NCBI GenBank assembly: GCA_012295275.1
Contig: CM022668.1
Location: 13,144,001-13,208,000, forward strand
Direction: 5' to 3'
Length of the DNA: 64,000 nucleotides
Origin: Chrysomallon squamiferum
Lineage: Eukaryota; Animalia; Mollusca
How positions within the stretch are numbered: position 1 is the stretch's first letter; every line of letters starts with the position of its first letter. The notes under the pieces are model-generated. The model had not been told where the DNA came from. It did not search any database and saw only the letters and a program-made list of their open reading frames with translations. Shown here piece by piece: positions 30,018 to 44,500 of the stretch. The translations under genes and the position numbers were made by a program.

Positions 30018-30130
30018 CTATTGCTTGTAATCTTCCCATGGAGTGAAATGGTTTAGTTTGTTAATAACCCACTGATCTTCCACATCTTTAGTGTACTCCC
30101 TTACAAATCTGAAACCAAAAATAAATAAAA

Positions 30131-30165
<35 letters not shown>

Positions 30166-30288
30166 ACAACAAAAATAAAATTTAAAAAAAAAAAAAAAAA
30201 AAAAATAATTAAATTATGAAGGTTAATAAATAATTAAAATATGATATTGTAATCATAATTGTAATGATATTGCAATGATAATAATAAC

Positions 30289-30341
<53 letters not shown>

Positions 30342-32695
30342 AATAACAACAGTAATGATGATCAGCATATTAAAAATGATAATGATAATATTAATGACAC
30401 TATTGATAATAATCACAATGACAAAAATAATAACAATAAAATATTAATCACAGTAGTATTAACAATGAAGATGATGTTAATATAATAATAGTAATAATAT
30501 AATAATAATAATAAGAATAATAAGAATATAAAAATAAAAATAAAAATTAATAATATAACAATTTTGACATCTCTTATCCTCCAATTAGTTGCAAGCAGTA
30601 GTAATAACTTTATTAAAATAAAGTTTAACAACAATAATCATATCAATTATCAAAATAACTAATATAATAAAAATCACTAATAACAATTAAAATACAGTTG
30701 CATTTATCAAAATAAATTAACCAAAATTAGAAATTATTTTAATTACCAACAATCAATAATAACAATTTAACCATAGTTTAATACTTATAAGCTTTAGTAT
30801 CTTACCAAATCTACTTTTAATTACAAAGTTAACTTTATTTACTTGTATAAATATACACCTGATGTTTATAATAATAATTTAACCCCAATTAAAAATTTTA
30901 AAGAAAATCACAAATTTTTGTAAATAAAAATATACCTGTAAATTACCTTTTAATTATTAATTTACCTTTAATAACGATTTATCTCACCTGTAATTGCAAA
31001 TGTACATCTGTTCGACATTGTCTCGGAAAATGTCCAGATATTTAGCCACCGGAGTCTGTATTACTTCATGGTAGTCATGGAAACCTTGAAGAGTAACTGT
31101 TATTTCGACAAATCTTTGATCTAAAAATAGTTGTTATTTTTTTTTTAAATTAAAATTTGCATTGATTTAAAAAAATGAATATTTATTCAAAAGTAAATTG
31201 AAATAAATACAGAATAAAATGTGTAACAGTGATGAAGGATGATAGAGATGATAAAGATGATGATGATAATGAAGAAGATAATGATAATGATGACTGTAAT
31301 AGTAGATGGAAATGATAATAAAAGAAGAAGAGGAGAAGAAGAAGATATAAGAAAGACAGTAAATAGAAAACAAAATAAATATGTTTATTATTGCACATAT
31401 ACGTAAACACAAATACACACACACAAACCTGGACACACAGACACATAATTCACAAACACTATATAAATAAATAAAATGTAATAAATATGCACACATCCTA
31501 AAAAAAAAAATGTCCTATGTTTGGAAATATATTTACATCCTCAAATTTACTTTTTTTCCTTTTTTAAAAAAAAAAATCTGTTACCACACTTGCATCATTC
31601 ACACATAAAGTAATTTTGAAGAAAATCTGTTTACTTGTGTTTGAATCGAAGATCATTCCAATTTCATAGATGAACATGTAAAAAATGTCCTTCGGGTTCA
31701 CGCACAAAAATCTTCTCTGTCTGATGTCAAGATTATCATAATTCTTTTGTACCTCTGCTAGAGCCTTTGAAGAAATAAAAGAATAATAAAAAGAGAATAA
31801 TAAGATTGATTGACAAAGAAAGAAACAAAAAATATAAATATTTATTATTATTCTTTTCATACAAGTTAATATATTAATTTTACTTCTATTTAATATCTAT
31901 TGGAGAAGTAAAAAAAAAAAGAAAAAAAAAAGATTTATAAATAAATAAAACAAAAACATTTACTGATTGTAGTTTGAAAGGAAAAAAATTATGTTATAAA
32001 GTTTTAATATAATAAACATGCATTTAGACTGAAAAATGTATTAAAAATTTATTATATGATTAATGTAGCTGTATTTTATATTATAAAACAACATCACTAA
32101 ATAAATAAATAAATAAAAATCACAGTAATAATTTAAAGTGTGTCACAGATGATATTTAACAAGTGAAATTATCTTTGTGTACACTTTACTTGTCCCACTT
32201 TTAAAAAAGGTTATTGAGAAATGATTCAATATTTATAGGTAAGAAACGAACTGCTAGAATTCATTAAATAAATAAATACATACATAAATAAATTTAATAA
32301 AAATTGTTATCCATTTCTATGCAGTGTCATTATAAACTTTTGCTACAAAAAAAGAGAAAAAAGTCTATATCTAAAATATAATAGATATATTGAATTTAAG
32401 TTGTTAATGTACAAATTAAAACAGATATAAGAAAATGGTTTTTAATTATTATTTTGATTTCATGTTAAAAGAAATAATAATAGAGTTAAAAAAGAAATAA
32501 TAGTAATACATATCCCAATTAAGTGATTCTGTATGTAATAACAATACTGTATATATTATATTAGATACATTTTTTTAGTTATACCTCATTTGTAACTAGC
32601 CCTTTCAATGACGAAAAATCTCCATTTGAAATACAAGCTGAAACATGAGATACAGCCTAAAAAATAAATAATAATAAATAAATAAATATTAATAA

Positions 32696-32726
<31 letters not shown>

Positions 32727-32936
32727 TTGAAACAAACAACATATTGTGTCACAATAGGGAAAAGCAAGAAGTTTGTTTTCATTTTAGACTGCTTTTATCT
32801 ATTTGTATAATTTTGTGTTTTTATTCTTGTATGTTTGTAACTTGTTAGTCTGAGGAAAAAAAAACCGCAGTAATTCTATTCAAAAAGGATTTTATAACAA
32901 ATGAAAATAAAATAATTAATATTAATTTTAAATGAA

Positions 32937-32975
<39 letters not shown>

Positions 32976-33498
32976 ATTAGATGTAGTTATATACATATCT
33001 ATGTACAAATTACCACAAAAAACGTATTTGTCTAAACTGTATTATTACCCCCAGTGCACCATTTAGAAATGTATCCATGCTGAAACTCTGATCAAAGTAT
33101 CCAGTAATCAGAATTGCGAAAAGTTTATTTTTGAACCACTTGATTGGATTGGGCCACCATATTCTTGGCATGTCCATCAGTTGAAGACGTGTTCTTGACG
33201 ACCTACTTTCTTGGTCATTGTCATAACCGTCTGACGAATAAGGACGGAAAAACATAAGTCGTATATGTGATTTTTGTGAAAGTCCATTTTGTTGAAAGCC
33301 CAAATTTTGACAACTAACGTTCGAGGTCACAAGCAGACGCTTTTTGCAAGACGACTTGGCAATATGTTGCAGAAGGGCAATATTCGTTTTCTTTGACGGA
33401 TTGATCACTTTAGCGAATCTGCTCGCTGCCTTTGTTACAGCTGGTCTAAAACTAAAATAAAGTAAAGAAGCTCTAGAAACTATTGATGAAAAAGCCAT
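30018..33498 (-). CDS. MAIP1: m-AAA protease-interacting protein 1, mitochondrial (C2orf47 orthologue), 5 exons, 291 aa
   Basis: Exons 33498-33049, 32656-32585, 31764-31635, 31120-30988 and 30108-30018, all GT-AG, total 876 nt ending TAG. Arg/Ser-rich mitochondrial presequence. Family motifs PNPIKWFKNKLFAILITGYFDQSFSMDTFLNGA, AVSHVSACISNGDFSSLKGLV and CNYRFVREYTKDVEDQWVINKLNH. Confidence 0.9.
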
Positions 33499-34038
33499 TT
33501 TAAAAGGAAAATGGTGCAATTACAAACGGGAGTTGTCTTCCCCAATGATTAATTTTAACTTCAACTAAAAGATTTCCATACTATTAGTAGGACAACATTT
33601 CAGCATTAAAAAATAGCAACGGGCATTGAAAAATATGCCTTATTTGTGATTTTTAAAAATAATACTCTTCGCAGAGTCATTTTTAAATGTATTAATATAA
33701 AATATCGGTTTTAGGTTTTGTAAAATTAAGCCATTAGATTATATATACATATTTAACATAATAGTTTAATATTTTTTTTTCAAGCAACATTATTTTCATC
33801 ATCTGAAATACCAGCTGATTACTATTGATTTTGTATTTTACTGAAATGCTATTGTTTATATTCTATGATGATGATATTATTTTATGATTATATCGCATGA
33901 GTTATATTATGATTTTATTGCTTATAAATGGTCTGATTAATTAATGCTTCCTTCTTTCTTTCTTTTTTAACTTGGGTTTTATTTACTTATTTAGTTAATG
34001 CAACCTAGGGAAAACAATCAATACTAAATGAAACAAAT

Positions 34039-34070
<32 letters not shown>

Positions 34071-34088
34071 TAATAATAATAATAATAA

Positions 34089-34119
<31 letters not shown>

Positions 34120-34322
34120 AAGAAGAAGAAGAAGAAGAAGAAGAAAAGGACAACTAAATTAACAAAATAAAAATGAACAATCGATGCGTAAGCAGTTAAT
34201 CATTGCTTGTTCAATAGAAAATAGTCTACCGTAATACACTTTCACAGCGAGTGAGATTTTAATGTACGAAACAAATTAATTGTAATTTAAAATATGACTT
34301 TTTCGATCTTCATTTGAATAAT
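33499..34322. promoter_or_regulatory. Bidirectional promoter region shared by MAIP1 and TYW5
   Basis: 824 bp between the divergent start codons. Contains an (AAT)n(AAG)n microsatellite at ~34038-34145. Confidence 0.65.
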
Positions 34323-34847
34323 ATGGAAGATCATAATCAAAGTGCGCACCAAAGCCAAACTATTCAACTTCAAAAAATTGATGGCATAACAAGACAGGAA
34401 TTTCTAGATAATATTTATCCGAAGGTATGTGTACCTGACATGTGGATCATGAATATGCTAAGAGTTATTTCCCCTTTATTTACTATAAATATTCTGATCA
34501 CGTGCATTTAAATTTCAGCTGTTTTAGTAAAACCAAAGAAATGCGAACAGTTAATTTCTTAATTAAATATATAGTGTAATTGAACTCTGTTTATGTATTT
34601 ATTTATTTATTTAGCGACAACCTGTAATTCTCTCGGGGTTAGATATTGGCTCCTGTAAAGAAAAATGGAGGACGCCAGACTATCTTGCTGCAAAAGGTGG
34701 AACAGCAGACGTCAAAATCCACGTCTCGGATTCCCCACAGCTAGACTTCATAAACAAGAATTTTGTTTACCGGTAACCATGGTAATAGTGTATTTGTGTT
34801 AGTAAAAATATTATTTTACTGCTACATAGAACAACAACAACAACAAC

Positions 34848-34898
<51 letters not shown>

Positions 34899-34900
34899 CA

Positions 34901-34941
<41 letters not shown>

Positions 34942-36341
34942 TAATTAATTACTATTATTCTATTTAAAAAAAAAATTCTGTTCAGGTTAATTAATTATTA
35001 AAGATAACAAATCAAATTAAGTATTTTCGAAATTAATTTAAATGGCAAGCTGGTATTTTGCAGATATCTGGTATTTATACAGAATAGAATGTGAATTTTT
35101 CTATAAATGGCAACTTGCATTTGTAATATTTTTTTGATGGTGTAGTGAAAAATATAGATCCTGCCAAATATTCAAAACACAGAGCTAATAACTGAATGTT
35201 TTAGCCTAGCAATTAATGTGTGTATGTGTGTGTGTGTGTGTGTCTGTGTGCATGTGTTTGTGTGTGTGTCTGAGTCTGTGTCTGTGTGCATGTGTTTGTG
35301 TGTGTGTGTGTGTGTGTTACTCTGTGTGCATATATGTCCATGTTTTTTTCCTCTAGATTATTGATTATTTTTGTGGATAAATTGTGGTTTAATATTTAGA
35401 TTTATTTTCAAACAGGACTCTTCCTTTTGACAAATTTGTGAGAAGAGCAGCAAAACAGGATAAAGAATTTTTTCTTTGTGAAGTAAGCTTTGGAAATTTA
35501 TTATATAATTTTTGTTGTTAAGCATTTTGTGGTGCTTATATATGTGTGTAGATATGTATATTTATAGTTGGTCATCTGGTTCAAAGGATATAGGGAAACA
35601 GAGGGAGAAATGAAAAAGAGAGAAAAAAAAATGGAATACAGAAAGGGTTTATAGGGAGAAAAAAGAGAAAAAAGAAAATTAATGGAATATGAAACAAAAG
35701 ACAGAAGAATGAATGAGCAGAGATAATTTAGGATATTGGAAACAGAAAGAAAAGAAAACAGGAACTGGATGATTGAAAGAAAGATCTACAAAATTGGGAA
35801 GAGAAAGACAAAAATTTAGGAATTTGGAGAAAGAAGACAGTAAAAGATGAAGAAAGCAACGATTAGGGAAGAGAGAGAAAGATTTAGGAAATTTGAGAAA
35901 AAGAAAAAAGGGATGAGTAGAGCAAAAATTTGGGAAGAGAGAGAAAGAAAGATTTAGGAAATTGGAAAGAAAGAAGAGAATAGAGGGATCAAGAAAGCAA
36001 CAGTTAGAGAAGGGAAAGAAAGAGAGATTGAGGGAGTTGAAGAGGGGATTAAAAAAGAAAAACATTTGTTAGATTTGACAAAGTTTAGCAAGTGTGAATG
36101 TTTAATTCTTGTTGTGTTTTGTTTCAGAATGAATATTACTATTTACGAGCACTTGGAGATGACCCGAGGAAAGACATTGCTATGATTGATAAACAGTTTC
36201 CTCATCTGGCGGAGGACATAGTCTTTCCAGACTTGTTCGATGCCGACTCAGTCTTTTCAAGCGTTTTCAGAATTTCCAGTGCCACGGTGCAGTTATGGAC
36301 TCATTATGATGTGAGTAGTAAGTAACATTAAATAACAAAAA

Positions 36342-36412
<71 letters not shown>

Positions 36413-36536
36413 ATAAATAAAAAAGTAAAAATAATAAATAAAAATTATAGGTAGAATAAAAATAATTTTTGGAGAAATAAAATACATTAACTGTAAAAAA
36501 GAAATATATTAAAATAATGAAGATAAAATAATGGTA

Positions 36537-36569
<33 letters not shown>

Positions 36570-37502
36570 TATAATAATAAATAAAATATACTAATAACAT
36601 AAAATGTACAATAGTCTTTACCCTCACAATATATTGAAATAAACAAAATGTTTTCGATTTTCTAATTATTTGTTGGAGGTATAAAGTTGTATTTTCTAAA
36701 CACCATGCTTATAAAAAATTAAAGTTTATTTACACTGAAATCTTTTTACTTGAGATAAAAAAAAAAACTGTGGAGATCATTTTATTATTTTAATTTTAAA
36801 TAAAAATAAAAATAAAGAAATGATACTAACAAATAATTTTAACAACAATTTTTTTTTTATTTTTTATTTATTCTTTTATTTTTAGGTTATGGACAACATC
36901 CTCATTCAGGTCACTGGTAAGAAAAGGGCGGTACTCTTTAGCCCAAGGGAGGTAGAAAATTTATACATCAATGGTAAATGAACTGATAATTATATTTTAT
37001 GTGTCTTCCATGATGTTATTGTAAATTATAAGAAAAATAGACAAATAAATAAAAAATAAATGAACTGCTTAAAAAGAATGCATCTTTAATTAGGCTTTCA
37101 TGAGCATCAAATTAAAATTGCTTGATTTGCTAAGTAATTACATTTTATATATTTTTCTTAATGTTATTGTAAATAAGAACAAAAAGAAATAAATAAATAA
37201 AAATAAAAATAAAATAAAAGAATATAATAATAACAATAATAACAATAGTATTGATAATAATATACTGATTTTTATACTATTAATGTGTCCTAATATTAAT
37301 GTAAGAGATATTTTTTAGTTTTTCTTTTTTAATTATGATCTCAATGGTTGCTGAGAAAATGGTAAAAGTAAATACCAGTTTAAAATAGGAAAATGTTTGT
37401 AACAGGCAGCAGTTATATTACTCTGTTGTTTTAAAATGGGTATCTGGTTGTAATTTAATTTTTTGAATTATATATATTTAAATTATTTATTTATTTATAT
37501 AT

Positions 37503-37538
<36 letters not shown>

Positions 37539-38363
37539 GGTGACAAATCAGAGGTTTTGGATATAGATAATCCAGATTTAGTGAAGTTTCCAAAATTTGC
37601 CAGTGCTCAGAGATATGAAGGCATTCTGAATGCAGGAGACATTCTTTTCATTCCAGGTAAAAAAACAATAATTTATCACCATATTTCTTCAAAGTCTACC
37701 TGTGGAAGTGTGAATAAATGTTCCAAAAAAAGAGAGAGAGATGAGAGAATAAGTGAGAAAATGAATAAAAGAGAGAGAAAGATAACATATTGCACAAACA
37801 TAAGTTAAACACAAAACACATAATTTACACTATAAACCATTATATATACATAGTAACTTTTCACATATTATAGTGAAACTTCTGAAAACCAGACCCTCAA
37901 TAAATTGGAATTTCCTCAAAACTGAACAATTTCAACAGTCCCTCAATTTATTACATAAAACCTCACAAAACCAAACACCTCTCCAAACAAATTTTTTAAT
38001 TAGACTCAAACACTTTGGTTTTGAGAAATTACACCATAACTTACAAGTCTGTTTAATCGAAATAGTTATTCAGAACATTTTTCTTTCTATTCAATTTCAG
38101 CTCTGTGGTTTCATAACGTCATTTCTTTGGAGTTTGGTGTAGCCGTCAATGTATTTTGGAGACATCTTCCCAAAGATCTCTACGACCACAAAGATGTGTA
38201 TGGCAACCGTGATCCCCACCCAGCAACCAGAGCCACACAGATTGTAGACAGAGCTCTGAAAACTCTGGAAGAACTTCCAGCAGAATATGCCGACTTCTAC
38301 GCAAGACTTTTAATAGAAAGAATAAAAAGAAAGGCCTTGACAGATCATTCATTAAAGAAATAG
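34323..38363 (+). CDS. TYW5: tRNA wybutosine-synthesizing protein 5 (JmjC hydroxylase), 7 exons, 325 aa
   Basis: Exons 34323-34424, 34615-34772, 35416-35482, 36128-36310, 36886-36973, 37540-37656 and 38101-38363, all GT-AG, 978 nt ending TAG. Motifs [48 protein letters not shown] (HxD), GDILFIPALWFHNV (distal His), [11 protein letters not shown]. Confidence 0.95.
36661..36780 (+). repeat. Short dispersed repeat, copy 1 (copy 2 at 42591-42698)
   Basis: Shared TCTAATTATTTGTTG...CACCATGCTTA...AAATTAAAG-TTTATTTACA-TGAAA-C...TTACTTGAGA...GAGATCAT. Confidence 0.7.
37869..38038. mobile_element. Degenerate Tc1/mariner-pogo-type MITE in the last TYW5 intron
   Basis: Imperfect inverted ends TATAGTGAAACTTCTGAAAACC and GGTTTTGAGAAATTACACCATA (18 of 22 positions match by eye) with TA termini. 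Confidence 0.5.
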
Positions 38364-39011
38364 AACGAAATAATGGTTGAGATATTTTAAATAGAAATTT
38401 CATATATATATATATATATATACAGGGGGTCCTTGAGTTATGTCAGAGATTTTTTAATGCAAGTTGGAATTGCCATAGCCGAAGTCACTTACCTAATCTA
38501 AAACACTGTGAAGTCATACTTATATATATCAATAAATAGAACTAGGCCATAAGAAAATGAAAGTGGGAGAAAATAAATATAGTACAGAAACACAAGCACA
38601 GAGGATGTAAACAAAGCATGCAGTATCCAAAGAGCTTTCTAGGTTGGTCACTGAAACTAACAATAAATTCTATACAAATCTAGTTCATAAATAAGAATAA
38701 AATGTTTTTATAATATGCATGTGATTGTACAAACAGAAAACCTAAATGGTTTTTTTTTTTTATATTAGTCAAATCCTTTATTATTAACAAAGATTGGTTG
38801 CTAGTGATGATTACTTGGAAGTGTGTATGGTATTACTAGATTACTACTTCTTGTCATATCAGTGAAGCATGACTATATTTTACTCTTCCACAAGAAAATA
38901 TATCCTTTTTTCTTCACAGGTCTGTTCAAAACTTTATTATTCGGAAAGTTTGGTGTCTAATATGAATTTTTGGAAATGTCACATGTGAGTGAGTGAGTGC
39001 TTAAAAAAATG

Positions 39012-39023
<12 letters not shown>

Positions 39024-39088
<65 letters not shown>

Positions 39089-39177
39089 AGGGAGGGAGGG
39101 AGGGAGGGAGGGAGGGAGGGAGGGAGGGAGGGGGAGGGAGGGAGAGGGAGAGGGAGAGGGAGAGAGAGAGAGAGAGA
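39024..39177. repeat. (GA)n/(GGGA)n polypurine tract
   Basis: Direct reading. The (GGGA)n part could form a G-quadruplex or triplex. Confidence 0.85.
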
Positions 39178-39776
39178 TGTAAGACTAATGAAATAAAAGA
39201 AAGAAAAAGTATCAAACAGCTATTACAATGAGAGAGAGAGAGAGTGTGAGTGAGAGAGAGTAAGTGAGCCAGTAAATGAACAGCAGTTGTAAAAAATAAA
39301 ACTTTAAAACAAAATGGTGATAAAACTGTTTTTAATGTCTTTTCTGAAATGTTATTTCTCATGAGGGAACAAAAGCTCTGATAAAAACAAAGTAAAACTG
39401 AACTGAAATTACTGAGATTCCATCATGGAACTGCTTGATTTTCAAGATTTTTGTTTTATTTATTACAAATATATGTATTTCTGAACATTTGTAACTCATG
39501 GCTTTTCATTCAACATTCTTGTTTATGATAAAATAATATTTTTACAATAAATAGATAAAGAAAGAAACAAATAAGTTAAATAAATATAAAAAAGGTAATA
39601 AAATTTAAAATAATAAATAAAAAAAAAAAAAAAAAGAAAAGGTAATAAAATAAAAAAGTAAAAGTAAAAACAGTAATTTGTAAAACACCAAAATAAAAAA
39701 AAAATCTACAAATGATTCTAATGGCAAAATATATTGACATTATCTATAAAAAAGAAAGAAAGAAAAAAAACAACAA

Positions 39777-39821
<45 letters not shown>

Positions 39822-42590
39822 AACAAAAAAAAAATAGAAACTACTATGAAAAACTATTAAATAAATAAATAAAATAAAATATCAGTTTCCATGTAACTTC
39901 ATGAGTTTGCTAATTTCAAACTTATTTAAACAAATGAATATAAAGAAAAAGTTAAAAACATTTCATCTTTAATATAAACTTTATTTTCTACTTATTTTGT
40001 TTTTACATACTTCATACTAATAAAATTTGTAAAAGTCAAAGGTGAAACAACAGCAGTTTAGAAAGTTTAAAAAAAAATAATAATAATAAAAATAAATAAA
40101 CAGGAAAAAAAATGAAATGAAATTCATATTTTGATTATATAAAAAAATCAAATCAAACTGAAGTATGGTTCAGAACTAAATAAATATTGACAATTAATAT
40201 TTTATTTTTAATATACAAAATTTTGTTATCAGAAAGTAATAATTATATTAACAATCATAAATTTTGAAAATTGTTAATAATAATTATAAAATCTAAAAAT
40301 ATTTTCACATTTAAAAAATTATTACTTAAAAACTAGATTCAAATAATAATGTAAAAACAAATAACTGTAAATAATAATAATAACATCAATAATAAAGTTA
40401 ATAATTTTTTAAATTCCATAATCTGTAACCTACCATTACAAAGACTAGCTGAAAGCAAATATCTGTTTGTCAACATAAAATTCAACATCTTTAACATTAA
40501 ATAACAATGTAGCTTTACATATTTACATAATTTATGTAGAATAACATCAAATCTGAGAAGATTATGAAGCAAGACAACTACTACAACAATGATGATAATT
40601 TTACAATTTGTGGTGAAAAAATACAAATTATTTACACATACAGAAAATTTGTTACTTGTCAACCTGCGTCCCAACCACCAATACAAGCCACCAAATCAAC
40701 CGAATTAATATTTTTTCTGAAGATTTCTGTTTTAAAATATTTTCAAAAAATGTTGATTACAACAATGAGACAATGTAATACTTATATATATATATATATT
40801 ATACACACTGTTTTTGTTTGTGTGTCTATATAATCTGTGAAGTATAAGCATTGCTTAAAAAAAAAAAATTATTCTTACATTTTCAGTCATTTGTAATAAA
40901 GTTTTGTGTGTTTGTGTTTATGTATATGTATATATATAAAATAATTCCTGTCCACAATAAAATAAGTTTTATTACATCTTTCAAGTTAAGTTCATTACAA
41001 AAAGAAAGTAAAACAAAATTACAAGAAAATAAAAAATTATGTTTATACATTTTTCTGATAATTCTGTTAATATATAAATTCTTATTCTTAATAACTGTCA
41101 AAGGCATTTATTCATTATAAAACACATTTAATAATATCAAAACAGCTATTTTTAATAACTATTTTGAAATTCAAATTATTCAGCACATTATCATCATACA
41201 GTTGTAAGTTGTGAGTGTAAATTATATATTTTATATATATATGTCAGTTATAAATATGTACAAATACATGATTGTTTTGTTAAGCTCTAAAACTAGGTTT
41301 TTATTATTCATATATTTCATTTCAGTCAACCATATGTTAATATCCAAATTTAATGAAGCTATATATACTGCAGGTATAAAGAATTTAGGTTTGAGTAATT
41401 ACATTAGAGCAACTTAATATATTCTAATTAAAAACAATAATTAAAGAATGTGGTTGCTCAGAGTAAGTTTGAAGGTATTGTAATTCTAATGGTAAATGTT
41501 ATTTTAAAACTAGAAAATATTTGTTTAAAATTATAGTACTTTCTAGTATTAAAATGATTTCGTTGATGTTTAATTTTGTATTTTTAGTTGCAACTTCTAT
41601 CTTTTATTATGCAGAATATTCAGTTGCCCTTTGATACTTATTGAAAGTGAAAACAGCAGAAATAAAATAAGTAAATAAAAAATAATAAAAATCCTGTCCT
41701 CCAAAAACAAACGTAAAATAAAAATAGTAATAATAATAAATATAATAAAATAAAAACTGAAAGTAAATTCAAATGATAAAATAAATGATAACAGTAATTA
41801 CAAAAATATTTTTAAAAAATAACTAATCAGATAAATCATAAATAAAAAAATGATTAAAAAAAAGGAAAAAAAAAAAAAAAGCATCAATAAAGAATGTAAA
41901 TAATAATAATTAAAAAAATAATAAAACAACAATAAATAAACAAAACAACAAAACAGAATAAATGAGACAAAAGCAATCAGTTTTAAGAACACAATATAAA
42001 CACTTTATTAAAATTATAATATTTAACAATTTAGTGTTTTCAACACCAACACAGCAATTATGTAACCTGATCTGTAACTGGCTAGGATCAGACAGTGAAA
42101 TATATAAACTCATTTTCGATTGGTTGTGAAACCTTTATCAGCCAGTTTAAACATTTTACTAAAAAAATAACATTCTACATAATTTTAATTCATTAGTAAC
42201 CAAGTTAATATGTAACCTGGGATACAGTTTTCTAGTGTAACTACTGCAACTTGTAATCTGGCTTTCTATTGGTTGTGAATAGTTACATCCACCAATCATA
42301 TTCTTGATAAGGGATTACAAGGTCAAACAAAGATGGATCTGGAATAGTTAAATAGGCATGTTAAACTTATCTTTATTTTCTTTATTTTAACTTTAAAAAT
42401 AAATTCAAAGAAGCATAATTAATAATGGAATTTTTTTGTCCTGAAATTCAAAGTATGTACATTAAAATGAAATAACAAAGAACTTATAAGCTGAGTGTTT
42501 GAGATTACAAATAGACAATATAAAATGCTAAATTGTCTATATTGTTACATAGTTTTAATATAAACAAAATTTATAACTTTCTTTAATATA

Positions 42591-42698
42591 TCTAATTATT
42601 TGTTGACATTATATCATTTATACACCATGCTTACATAAATTAAAGGTTTATTTACATTGAAACCTTCTTACTTGAGAAAAAATCACTACAGAGATCAT
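42591..42698 (+). repeat. Short dispersed repeat, copy 2
   Basis: Aligns by eye with 36661-36780. Confidence 0.7.
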
Positions 42699-44274
42699 AT
42701 GTTTTTAATATACAAAAAATACAAACAAAATGCAAAAAAAAAAAAAAAATTATATTAATAAAAAAAAAAAAAAAAAAAAAATTTAATAATATCAAACCAT
42801 TTAGCAATAATTACTAGTGTTATCAATAAAACAATTATCAGTAAAACTGAACTGATACTTTATATCACCTCATTAAAATGTATCTAACAGTTTGATTGGC
42901 TGGCAGACATGAAGTAGCCAATAGCAAGCACTGTTATGTCAAAGAGTTGGCGTATTGATGCTGTGGTTTTGGAAAATGGTTTATTATGTCAAAATATTTA
43001 ATTTTAGCTAAGATTATTGTTTAAAATTTTAAAAATACTTTCCATATATCATTTCAAAAACTTGATCAAAAATTGAAAGAAAAAACAAGTTAATTTTAAA
43101 AATACTTTCCATATATCATTTCAAAAACTTTCTGACAGAGCTTTACAACAACATATTTGATTTCTCTGCAGTTTAGAGAATGTATTCTTAAAAGCTAAAC
43201 CAATTTGCAATAATAAAATACAGCTGCAGCATTAATGAGTATCTGTGATAGTAATAGCAATTTAAAAGCATTTTGAATGTATCATTTCATTTGTTATACC
43301 AATTTTTACTAACAATAAAGTAAAGTATAATAATAATAAAAAAAAGCTTGTGATGATGGCATTTTCTCTTCATTGTGATGTAGTTTTGTAAATTATATGC
43401 AAAAACAAAAAAATTTCATATTAAAACAAAAAAAGTTAGTAATTAACCTAAGAAAATAATCGTTATAATGAATAAAATTTATGTTTGTTCACTGAGACAA
43501 CAGCTAAAGGCAAATCTTATTCTCTGTAAGATGTGATGGTTGTTTTAAATGACTAAAATTACAAGAAGGCAAAATAATAATAATAAATAAAAAATAAACA
43601 AACGTCAGGAAAAAGTTGATTTAGAAAATATATTAATCAGTTTTAAATGTTTTATGTTTCTCAGTTTGTATCTACTGCTGGTAGAAACATATTCATTAAC
43701 TGATGAATCCAGTGAATACCAAAATGAATATGACCAACTAAATCCAGTCATGTTTTATTCTGATCAGCAAATTTTAAATTCAGTTACCAGTTACATACAG
43801 AGAAATGGACTTTAACAAAACATATCCTGCTTTCATTGTTTTTATTACAAATGTTCTGTCCAAACTGAATGACTGTCAGTGTTATTCATACACAGACCAC
43901 CCATCAAAGCCTACAGCTGCTGCAGTAATCAAACTGGATTCCAGTTAAAACAATGTTTCAGTGCAGAATTTTATTACACCAGGGTCATTTGTAACAAGGT
44001 AATAAAATGATTTTTATTAAGGCCATGACATGTTATCAACACATTTGACATACAAATGTGTTGTAATTATATTTTTCATTTAGTTAAACTGCAACCACAT
44101 TCACTGTTGAGATTACACTGATAGATTAACTGACATCAACATATTATATGTAACCTTACTTGACATCAAAATATACACCATACACAGAAGATGCTAATCA
44201 TTTTTTTAACATTCATATTACATTTAAACATATTTGCCTTCTAAAACCTCCTTTGACATTAAAATAATTCGGAA

Positions 44275-44500
44275 TAACAACTGACATACAGATATTCTGC
44301 AACCAGTGATTACTAACTGTATTTGATATCCAGATATAATGCAACCATTTCTGACATCCATATATACTTCAAGCATTGAATTCTAACAATATTTGACATA
44401 AAGATAGTTAATGCAACCATTTCGGACATCCAAATATATCCCAACCAGCAATTACTAACCATATTTGATATCCAGATATAATGCAACCATTTTTGACATG
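44275..44500. repeat. Degenerate minisatellite (TGACATCCAGATATAATGCAACCA-like units)
   Basis: Repeated TGACAT/TGATATCCAGATATAATGCAACCATT motifs. Confidence 0.65.
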
